Part shown: piece by piece, positions 10,431 through 20,400 of the stretch
How the letters are laid out: the number at the start of each line of letters is the position of its first letter
How positions within the stretch are numbered: position 1 is the stretch's first letter
Assembly (NCBI GenBank): GCA_024626585.2
Contig: JANKJI020000004.1
Location: forward strand, 969,867-991,680
Reading direction: 5' to 3'
DNA: 21,814 nucleotides
DNA from: Ginkgo biloba
Lineage: Eukaryota > Plantae > Ginkgophyta
Program-made: the position numbers and the translations under genes
Notes under the pieces: generated by a model
Seen by the model: the letters and a program-made list of their open reading frames with translations, nothing else
What the model was told of the DNA's origin: nothing
Databases searched by the model: none

Positions 10431-13063
10431 GCAACTTGCAACTCGAATTCATTCAATAGTTAGAGGTCATTTTCAATAGAACCTTGACTAAAGTTTCGAT
10501 GGAGACAGTTACCTAATTGGGGCTCTGCGCCTCCTTAGTGGATATATATTTTTGTAAATTTGAATTGTAAAAAGAGAATGAAGAAATTTGGAGTTGGGTG
10601 AGTTTTTGAGAAAAGAGTTGAGCAACAGGTTCTGTAGAAGAGCAATTGAGTAGGGGATAGAAAACAACGTTCTCTTTAATCTTGTTTTTGTAAGAATCAA
10701 GAAAAGCCTTGTAATTTGTTAAACTACAATAGATATTCCCAGGCAGAGCCTAGAGCTAAGTCTCAGCCCCTAAGAAGAAGTCGATCATGGCTAAGTGAAT
10801 GAATGAAGCAAAAATATAATTCATGCCTGCATTTGCAGAGCATTTTTAATGAGAAACACGTCTTCTGTTATTTTTCTCATTGCTACATTTTGCAAATTCT
10901 TCTTTATCTTCTTTATGTAATGTCTTTACACCAGTGTCTTATGTATAATCAATTTCTATCATTTTCTTTATGAATAATACTAGTTTGAATATTTTCTTGA
11001 TTTTGCTCTTAAGTGATATGTCAGCGATGTCGGATGCTTAAGTGCCGAGTTTGTTTGTTATTGTTTCTTGGTCTTTTGGAATTGGTTTATACTCCGGTTT
11101 ATACTCCTCCGAGAGAATAGATGAAGTCAGCTCCATAATTATCAAGGCTTAAGAACTCTTCTGAGTCCCAAAGGGTCTATTGCCATATTGGTGGGAGAAT
11201 TGGCCCACTTGTAGAGATATCAGTTTGCGACTAGCTAATCAGAAGGCTAGCCACCTTCCTTTATTCAAGTCCCCTGGTTGTGCTCTAGGTGGTGCGTTTA
11301 TTTTGTTGAACTCCTAAATCCTAATTGTTGTCGGCCGATATCCTGTGGTTAATTTTCTCATCAACGCATCCCTTTAGGAGCTTATGTCAACACTTGAGAT
11401 TTGTCACAAGTTTTGGCATTAGCAAGACACAACCTTCCCAATAATGACTCTTTGGCCTGCTTAACGATTTCACATCTAGAATCAATCAAACCTTGAGATT
11501 GAAAGGTTTTAGTATAGTGATTGGCAAACTCATGAATGATTGCAAAAGAGGTAGTGTCTTATTGCATCAATACACTCAACTATATGTTTTTTTTCCAAGA
11601 GCTTGGAAGAATTGCTCAAAGGCTGTCCCTTGTTTGAGCTTGTGTAGCACTTAGAGAGAATGTCAACAACTTAGAGATAGGATACATCTTCTAGATATGA
11701 CAACCCTTGTTTTATGCTTTGTTTTTTCTCCATCATGCCTTGCAATTTTCATTATAATTAAAGTGTATTTCGATTAATATTTTTAAACACACGTAGAGAT
11801 TAGATACAAGAATAGTGATATGGAGGTAACCTACATCTCCTTGTATTACTCCAGGCAATATAAATCTTGATTGGATTATGATCAGAGAGGGATGCATATT
11901 CCAAGACTTAGAATGGTCTGGCATTCTCTGTAGTGAACTGAAATTTCCCTTGATCAGAATTCCTGGTTCTGCTCTTGTAAAATAATACCATTCAATCTCA
12001 TTTGCTATCTTGGTCCTCAGAATTATTTAGTCATAACTTAGATACTACCATTTTATTCAACAAGCTTGCAAGAGCTAGGGATGAAATACAGACACTTGGG
12101 ATGAATTAAGCCCAACATCTCCTAGATGATTCAGATATAGATTGCAGGAATCATTTTGAATGTAGCTTGCAAGCATAACAAATGGATTACAATTGGAGTT
12201 TAGGACTGGAATGGACCAATTATGAACAATAATCTTGTCTCATTTATGAAGCACCCTGTTAAAACGGTATATATCAACATTGAAATTCTATGATTTAGCA
12301 TTTGTACATTCATTTCTCATGTTTGCTAATCATTTGCTCTGCACAACAAGAATTACTTCAATTTCAATACCAATATATGGGTTTTAATATGCTTCTATGA
12401 AAACTGGTGATGGATTCTGCCATGTGTAAATTCTATATACAGATTTGCTTTAGGACAGGAATTTCAAAGTTCAAGGTGAAATATGTAGTTCATAAAATCT
12501 TGTATTACGGTGAATGAAAGTTTGTAATATAAAGTGATAATAATTATAATAGGAAATAACGCTTTTAATATAGTGTTTCATTAAACAAGAAACACTTGGA
12601 CGTGTCCTGCCATATGAACCAGTGAATTAGCTATGAAGGATGTGGAATGCTGTGCTTAAATGAATGCAACTGGAAAACAACAGTTTGACAAGCTGAATGA
12701 CTATGGTAAAAATTCCACCGAGACCTTTTCTTTTGAAACCCGTATATCAAAAGTGGCATCTTTTGTGCTTAGGACTTTCTGGTCCCCATGCACCACTGAC
12801 ATGGTTTCAAGGACATTAAAACTAAACTTTAGACTCCAAAGCTTTATGTCCTTTAAGTGGCAATGGTGCTTGCATCGAGGACATGGAAAATTAAACTAGA
12901 AACTTCAAACTTTGTGTCCTTTGGATGGAAGATTATTCAGCTTTGTAGTAGTGTTTTGATTGCAAGATTCAGTCTATGGAAAAGATAGCTTTTGCTCATA
13001 TATGTTGAGAATTCCTCCTTGTACAGAAGAAATAAACTGAAATATATGTACAAACTTTCAAAC

Positions 13064-13099
13064 TCAATTGAAATGGAGTTGTCTCCGTGTCCCAGCAAC
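13064..13099 (-). CDS. Probable extreme C-terminus of the TRM/LONGIFOLIA-like protein (VAGTRRQLHFN*)
   Basis: An RRQL-x-F ending resembles the RR(Q/K)L(F) termini recalled for LONGIFOLIA-like proteins. Stop TGA at 13066-13064 is followed by T-rich 3'UTR-like sequence on the minus strand. The connection to exon 3 is hidden by a repeat and a gap. Confidence 0.5.
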   Translation of the reverse strand, partial: VAGTRRQLHFN

Positions 13100-13255
13100 T
13101 AAGTTGGATTGTCTGCATTGAGATAATATCTCACTATTGGCATATTGGTTGGCTTGTTTATAATAAGTTGGATTGGCCGCAATAGTATTAGGAGCTAACT
13201 TGTTGGCGTGTTGGTTGGCTTGTATTTGTAAGCTAGATTGCCTGCAATAAGTGTA
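13100..13255 (+). repeat. ~2.4 tandem copies of a 64-65-bp unit related to the retroelement leader motif at 6972-7200
   Basis: taag(t/c)t(g/a)gattg.c.gca.t starts at 13100, 13164 and 13229; the first two units contain ttggttggcttg, as in the motif at 7101-7190. Confidence 0.8.
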
Positions 13256-13368
13256 AGATTTTGATTGGAATAACTTAGCCATGGAAACTTTGAACCTTTT
13301 AAGGGACTCCTTGTTATCATTCTTGTTCATTTTAATTTTTTTTTTTTTTCTTTTATATGGTTTCCACT

Positions 13369-14208
13369 NNNNNNNNNNNNNNNNNNNNNNNNNNNNNNNN
13401 NNNNNNNNNNNNNNNNNNNNNNNNNNNNNNNNNNNNNNNNNNNNNNNNNNNNNNNNNNNNNNNNNNNNNNNNNNNNNNNNNNNNNNNNNNNNNNNNNNNN
13501 NNNNNNNNNNNNNNNNNNNNNNNNNNNNNNNNNNNNNNNNNNNNNNNNNNNNNNNNNNNNNNNNNNNNNNNNNNNNNNNNNNNNNNNNNNNNNNNNNNNN
13601 NNNNNNNNNNNNNNNNNNNNNNNNNNNNNNNNNNNNNNNNNNNNNNNNNNNNNNNNNNNNNNNNNNNNNNNNNNNNNNNNNNNNNNNNNNNNNNNNNNNN
13701 NNNNNNNNNNNNNNNNNNNNNNNNNNNNNNNNNNNNNNNNNNNNNNNNNNNNNNNNNNNNNNNNNNNNNNNNNNNNNNNNNNNNNNNNNNNNNNNNNNNN
13801 NNNNNNNNNNNNNNNNNNNNNNNNNNNNNNNNNNNNNNNNNNNNNNNNNNNNNNNNNNNNNNNNNNNNNNNNNNNNNNNNNNNNNNNNNNNNNNNNNNNN
13901 NNNNNNNNNNNNNNNNNNNNNNNNNNNNNNNNNNNNNNNNNNNNNNNNNNNNNNNNNNNNNNNNNNNNNNNNNNNNNNNNNNNNNNNNNNNNNNNNNNNN
14001 NNNNNNNNNNNNNNNNNNNNNNNNNNNNNNNNNNNNNNNNNNNNNNNNNNNNNNNNNNNNNNNNNNNNNNNNNNNNNNNNNNNNNNNNNNNNNNNNNNNN
14101 NNNNNNNNNNNNNNNNNNNNNNNNNNNNNNNNNNNNNNNNNNNNNNNNNNNNNNNNNNNNNNNNNNNNNNNNNNNNNNNNNNNNNNNNNNNNNNNNNNNN
14201 NNNNNNNN
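13369..14208. other. 840-N assembly gap expected to hide the TRM C-terminal DUF4378 region
   Basis: The run of N begins mid-exon 3. The QPSPVSVLD and C-terminal TON1-binding motifs are not visible elsewhere in the window. Confidence 0.8.
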
Positions 14209-14306
14209 GCCAATGTTCCATCACATCGATCCAAAATATTTCCTCCAATATACTTGGTGTCTGCGTCATGTTTTTCATCTTCCCGGTTCTTGGCAACAGA
14301 TGGTTT
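14209..14306 (-). CDS. TRM/LONGIFOLIA-like gene, coding exon 3 (partial, runs into gap)
   Basis: Acceptor ATGCAG|AAA at 14307/14306, phase 0 compatible with exon 2. Peptide KPSVAKNREDEKHDADTKYIGGNILDRCDGTL resembles the GRxLLERCDKLL block that precedes QPSPVSVLD/DUF4378 in homologues. Intron 14429-14307 is 123 nt, GT-AG. Confidence 0.75.
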
Positions 14307-14429
14307 CTGCATCCATATATACATCAATTCAAGCCAAAATTGTACAAATTTCCCAAGATTTCAGAAGAATCTCTGTCCTTCAAAAAAATTGTTTAATGAA
14401 AGAAAACATTCAAGATTTTTGGTAATTAC

Positions 14430-16808
14430 CTCCAAACGCATATGAGATCTAGTGCTTCCATTGCCATCTGAAAATAGGGAAGTTTCATCTGCAAGAAGAT
14501 TATCCAAGCTTGAAGACAGTTCACTTTCAACAAACTCCATTGCATCCACTTGCTTGATCTTCATCTTATTGCGGGGAGACTTGTTCTCTCTATCAGGTCC
14601 AATCTTTTTACCAGTAATTTGTCTAGCAGCCTTTGGAGAGTGCATTGCTACAGAACCTCTTTGGTGATCCTTTTCCTTAATTATGCTTCCCGAATGCTTA
14701 ACCTTTCTTTCGACTTCAGCCTTGGTATTTCTTTGCTTGTTTGCAGTTGAAGAGCTTTGACTCTTCAGACTGTTCAGTGCAGAAGAAGATGGGGGAGTTC
14801 GAGCAAGAGGTTGAGGAGATATTGATGTCTGAGGTCTTCTTGAGTTTGGTTCTCTTTGCAAAGCCTCATTTGCAATGTGCTCGCGTCTTTGCCTTGCAGC
14901 TGGAGCTATTTCATTACCAAAACGATTTGCAGATTCTCTGGTTTTAGCATTGTTAGCATTGCTGGAAGCTTTGTTGCTGTTTCCCTTGTAGACAATCTGA
15001 GATGACCCATAACCCATTTTCCCAAGATTATTAGTGAGACTCTCTGAAGTTCTCACAGGCTTGAGGTTGCTCAGAAGCTTTGAAGGCTTCATTACAACTA
15101 TAGGAGCCTCAAAAGGTCTTGTAAACTTACTTTGCATTTCTCGTTCTCTAGACAACGTTTTAGCTTCATGAAAGATCCTCATTTTTGGCATATGATCAGG
15201 AGCATTTGAACTACTCTGTTCAAGAAAGCTTGATTGCTGATTCTGGTTCATCTCCTTATTTTTCTGTGAATGTAGAAAACCCTTAAATTGCATAGCTTCA
15301 AGAATTTGTTTCAAAGTTTCCAGGTCCTTACCAGATTCTTCAAGACCTCTTTGTTTGAGCCTCTTCTCGATCTCGCTGTAAAGATCATCTGTCCCTTGTG
15401 GGCTATTCCTTTTGTTCTCAGGGGGAAATTTCCGAGCTTCAAAAGCATTTTGCTGGTAACTATGCCAGTTCTCTCGCTGTCTCCATGGAGCCGTTTCAAT
15501 TGGGAACCTCTGCGTATTGATGGGTTTTGGGGCAGCTGCGTTTTGTTTGAGGTGAGGAGAAAATGANNNNNNNGGTGTTTTTACAGTTTTTGCCTTGCTT
15601 CTTTGACACACTTCACATTCAACAACAAATTCTTTTGTGTCTTTCTTAAGTCCATCCCAATAGAAGGATTGTTTTACTCGTTGGTATGTTTTGAGGAATC
15701 CTAAATGACCGACAATGGGGACTAAATGTGATTCCTCTAACACCTTATTTTTAATCTTAGAATGAGTATTTTTCTTCAAGTCAATGGAGGATTTGAACTG
15801 GGAATTATTTCCTTCAGTATATCTATAATGAAGGATGTCGTGAGTAATCCTTGATTCAGAAGCAGATCGCCTCAATTCTGCTTTCTTGCTAGATGTTGGA
15901 CTTGAATCAGGCATTGCTTCTAAGCCCATAAGACGTGCAACCACGCTTGGTGGACGTTTTTTCTCACATGCCAACTCATCGTTTGAGAGCTCATTGGCAG
16001 TGAGACCTTGTTTATCATCTCCTATATCATTCCTGATTTCCTTTCCACAAAGCCTCTCTCTTTGTTCAAGAACAGTTCTGCTGTCCAAAGAAAGCCTTGG
16101 TGCTTCCCTCAGTTTCAATGAGGACCGAAATGCATCTTTATATTCAAATAAAGATGACCTGGGGATTTCTCTGCCATCATATGAGAACCGTGGAGCTTCT
16201 TTTGATTCAAGAGGGGTTTTTGTAGGCTCTTTGTTATCCATAAAATTTCCTGAAGCTTTTTTTAGCTTAGCATCCAGCATTAATTTTCCAGCTAAATCTG
16301 ACGAAGCTTGAGTTTGTTCATTAAATTTTGGCTTAGACTTCGGTGATAGGCCGGTAGATTCTTTACCCGAAGTTGTGTCCCTTCCGTCTGTTGAAGGTCT
16401 CAGCTTGGCAGCATGTTTTGTTGCATCTACTCTACTTTTAACTCTTTCAGAAATTCTTGTATCCATGGAAAACTTTGGGGTGTCTCTATTGAATGAATCT
16501 CTGACAACATCTCTTATATCAAGTGAATGCCTTGATGAATCAAGAGAGGACCTTGGTTGTTCCCTTGAAAGAATTGGAGCCCTGGAATGTTCACGACCAT
16601 ATGCAGCTTTAACATCTCTGTTATCCACCGACAGCCTTGCTGGATTCTCCTTGGCTTTGGATTGGTCAGTTGCTCGAGCCGCCTCAACATTCTCAGAGCG
16701 CACAATGGGTTGTCGAGTGTTATCGTAGAAGTCCATGGAAGAAGCCCTTGAAGCTGCATTGGAAAAGTCGGATGAATCCACTGAAGGCTGCTGACCGTCT
16801 TCACTTGT
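14430..16808 (-). CDS. TRM/LONGIFOLIA-like microtubule-associated protein, large coding exon 2
   Basis: 793 codons with no stop (one 7-N gap). Acceptor TTGCAG|ACA at 16809/16808 and donor GAG|GTAATT at 14430/14429. Family motifs: PRFSYDGRE, KLREAPRLSLDSR, PPSVVARLMGLEAMP (VARLMGL), ELRRSASESR, RFPIETAPW, LYSEIEKRLK..G.EESGKDLETLKQILEAMQFKGFLH, APIVVMKP, and a basic Ser/Arg/Lys-rich middle region. Confidence 0.93.
15574..15765 (-). mobile_element. Ty3/gypsy integrase H2C2 zinc-binding domain fragment embedded in frame in TRM exon 2
   Basis: SKIKNKVLEESHLVPIVGHLGFLKTYQRVKQSFYWDGLKKDTKEFVVECEVCQRSKAKTVKT contains H-X6-H-X29-C-X2-C (15728-15606) with typical gypsy words GH.GF.KTY.RV, FYW.G.K and C.VCQR.K. 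Ends at the 7-N gap 15567-15573. Confidence 0.9.
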
Positions 16809-17188
16809 CTGCAATTGGGCAAAAAATCAATACTCCAATCGTACTCTTTTGCATTGCTAATTCATCTCATAAAAGGGGAAGGATTCATGTTACATTTTAC
16901 ATAGTGCAGAGATTAAACTGACCTCATAGGAGGCATTTTGTAAGCTGACATTTTCTCGGCATAAAAACCCAGTAATTCAAGAAAAACAAAAAACAGAGGA
17001 AACAAAATGCTGAAAAATTCAATTATTCATAAGGGATTGCAAGAGTTCAGGAATGTCGCATTCTNNNNNNNNNNNNNNNNNNNNNNNNNNNNNNNNNNNN
17101 NNNNNNNNNNNNNNNNNNNNNNNNNNNNNNNNNNAAGGAGGCCTTGGGAGGTATTGGTGACTAGTACATTAAAAAAATGCATTCTTAC

Positions 17189-17404
17189 CGCATTTGGAGC
17201 AGAATCTACAGTGGCATCAAGTCTAGGGCTGTTAGAGCATGACCGAGCACCAGCAAGCCTCTTGGGTCCATACAAACGTTTCCCAGTAAGAATCTGGTGT
17301 CTATCAAACAACTGGAGAAATCCAGTCATGCATCCAATTTGCTTATCAATTTGGTTTTCCACTTGTGGATCATCTGATATCCCATGAAGAAATTTTGCAG
17401 ACAT
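17189..17404 (-). CDS. TRM/LONGIFOLIA-like gene, first coding exon
   Basis: ATG at 17404. MSAKFLHGISDDPQVENQIDKQIGCMTGFLQLFDRHQILTGKRLYGPKRL is the characteristic LONGIFOLIA N-terminus (KQIGCM.G..Q.FDRH). Donor GCG|GTAAGA at 17189/17188; 72 codons, phase 0 joins exon 2. Confidence 0.92.
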
Positions 17405-20400
17405 CTTGCTAAGCACACCTACTGTTGGTGTCCTTAGAGCAGTTCCTAATAAGCAAGACTACGTGAGCTACCTAGTTATAACGGTATGAACTTACTCCTC
17501 CCCTAAGTACTTTTGACTCTCGATTATATACAGTGCCCTCTACTTCTCTCCACCCATACCCATGAATGGTTTTTGCACCAATATACTACATCCAGATGGC
17601 AAAGAGTTCATGTGTCATTTGCAAGCTGCCAACACAAAATCTAGCTTCCATATTTTCAAAAACAATCAGAATACTTCGATTTATAAGCTACAGAGCTCAT
17701 ACAAGCCCCCTGTAAGGTATTGGAGACGTCAAGGTTGGTAGTAACACGAGGCACTATGTAGGAGAAACATATGGTACGCTGGTACACATGAACATGAAAA
17801 ATTGAGCAAAAGCAGCATAGTAAAGTGACTCGACTGGTCCTGTCTAGACTTCAAAAGTAGGCGAAGTGGCCTGCTTCTGTCAACTCCCTACTCCCAATGC
17901 CTAGTCTCATCAGTCTAGACTCTAAATAAGATAATCCAAAATCTTAATCCAACGGAGAGGCTCTTAAGGCACTGGCACCGGGTTTATGGAGAGTTGATTG
18001 TGAAATAACANNNNNNNNNNNNNNNNNNNNNNNNNNNNNNNAACCAATGCAGATGACATAAGACCATGCTCTCAGTCCAATGCCATTGTGTTGATTAGCA
18101 ATCCAATGGCATTGATTTCACTGACAAATTGCTTCCTAATCGGAACACTAAGTTGACACACCAATGATAAGAGGTCACATGGGAGGGGCTTTCTATTTTC
18201 TTTAAACCCTTCTTGCTTCTTGTTTTCGAAGTTTAGAAATCTACATCAGTCACATGGCCAGAGGACAGTTTTTGCAGCTTATCCTTGTTTCTTAATGGTG
18301 GGATTAAACATAAAAGCACACACTTCAAAATTTTGCTTCCAAAAGGCAGTATTTGCAAGAAATTCAGCAATAGAGCAGTTTACATAATGTTATCTCTTGG
18401 CTCTGTCCTAAGTCCAAAATTCCAAATATCACACCTTTTCAGAATCAACTTGATGGGGTGCATCTAATTGTGTTAGACTGAATTTGAAATGACTTTTGAC
18501 AACCGTTCACTTGCCTTTGGTCGTTCGTGGGGCCCTCTCTCGAGAAGCACATGCTCAAGCTTTCCACTAGCTCAGGTTTTTTCTCAATTGACTAACACAA
18601 GGCCGCTTCCTTTGAATACCCGATCAGTGAAACTTGAAGTCTACACTCCATTCTATATTTCTTCGGGTCCNNNNNNNNNNNNNNNNNNNNNNNNNNNNNN
18701 NNNNNNNNNNNNNNNNNNNNNNNNNNNNNNNNNNNNNNNNNNNNNNNNNNNNNNNNNNNNNNNNNNNNNNGTGTAGTAGAACTTTTTGGAGAGTGGTGTA
18801 ATGTAATAGTTTTTAGCCAGAAGCACAAAGCCCTCTACAGATTATCCCACAATGGAAGTGATTATCTCATCTCCATACCTTTTTAGAAGCGAAACAACTG
18901 CTTTAAGCCCTCCTCTAGACCACTGAAAAAGGAAGAGTGTTAGGTGCAGCAGAGGTCAGCAAATGGGAACAACAGGCTACTTATTGGATGGAGAAAGTGG
19001 GCTTAAGTGGGTTCTGATGATGCCTGTGACCCAAGCTTCCATACTTCTGATTAGTACATCAGCGAGCAGGCCATGATGGGTTGCAGTTTAAACTTTCAAG
19101 CAATAGTAGATATCAAGCATATATCCAATATATTCTGATGAAACCAAAGTCACCTAATTAGTGATTGCTTCCATGTGCATTGAACGTGTCCTTGTAGCAT
19201 GGTCCAATATTCAACCACATTGTTAATTCTCATTGCTGCATGCTACCATGCTGCCATGTTACAACCTGCATAGACCGCTATTTCATCAGGCCCCACGTAG
19301 TATGCATGCTGGAGTTTGGTCACGTAGACATAACCTATCTTATAGGCTCTATCTATCCATCTAGCTGGACTCTATAAGGTCTTCCAAACATTGGGAACAA
19401 CCCTTACATGGACATATTATTAGNNNNNNNNNNNNNNNNNNNNNNNNNNNNNNNNNNNNNNNNNNNNNNNNNNNNNNNNNNNNNNNNNNNNNNNNNNNNN
19501 NNNNNNNNNNNNNNNNNNNNNNNNNNNNNNNNNNNNNNNNNNNATTTAAAGTCCTATCAGACCGAATTGGCCTATAAGACTTTTACAAATATATTGTTAT
19601 TGGTACTTTTGATCAAGAGTTTGTTAGTCTATATAGTGTATTTTTTGTAGTCTAGAATCTGCAATTTCCCGAGCTTTCTAAGGTTCTTCATTTCCAAGAT
19701 TTTTCGTGTGTTCAGGTGACAATGAGTTGACTCTTTATCCCATCATATACAAGGTAACTAATAACCAAAAACTAAGTGATGCAAACTTTTATGCAATCTA
19801 GCTCCCTTTATAAACAATCTTATAATGTAGAGATGCAAATGCGTTTCTATTGAAGCACCGCTTAATTGATTTTTTGCTATAATGTTTCTGGTAACCCATA
19901 GCTATCCACCTCCAGATGTATCCCATCGAATATTAATTGTATTTATTGTGAGGAAATTTTGTTGTTATATGTTATGAATCGCTCACTCGGAGTTCTATCA
20001 TATTTGGCTATAAGCTAAGCGAAAAACCCATGTGCCATGTCTAGCACAATTGGAGCCTTATTCCAGCATTCCACATGAAAGGATACTACCGATACCAATA
20101 TTTTGTCTCTACCCATAAAGGTTGATTCCTTATTCTTGAAATGTATGTTACTTTATGTACAAAGCATTTTTTAATCCTAGTTCTGGCTTAAACAATCTCT
20201 TTTTGTTTTCTTGCAANNNNNNNNNNNNNNNNNNNNNNNNNNNNNNNNNNNNNNNNNNNNNNNNNNNNNNNNNNNAGTACCACCTATATAGGCCCACACA
20301 GCCACTACAGTCATTTTCAACGGGATTCTTTTGCCCGCAAATTTTGAACGAATTGACTTTCCTAAGATACTGTTCACAGCTAACCATTAGGTCACAGTCA

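Noticed and set aside
10500-11420. Possible LTR following the Tat-type region
   Set aside because: Composition is suggestive but there is no second copy, clear TG...CA boundary or convincing PPT/PBS.
13064-14445. Four long ORFs (324-410 aa) in the ORF track
   Set aside because: Their length comes from the 840-N gap; only the minus-strand exon-3 piece and possibly the terminal residues have supportable coding signal.
15574-15743. Integrase segment as an intron starting at AAG|GTGTTA (15743)
   Set aside because: The donor is weak, lies inside already integrase-like sequence, and no acceptor is visible. It cannot be fully excluded because of the gap.
14452-16921. Several plus-strand ORFs (e.g. 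15886-16311, 16375-16728)
   Set aside because: Antisense shadows of TRM exon 2 with no recognisable motifs.
16923-16954. Possible micro-exon in intron 1 (donor-like GAG|GTCAGT at 16923/16922)
   Set aside because: The nearby AG acceptors give 22 or 32 nt, neither preserving frame, and exons 1 and 2 already join in phase 0.
17586-17618. Short upstream ORF MTHELFAIWM* on the minus strand
   Set aside because: The transcript 5' structure is unknown and ORFs this short arise by chance.
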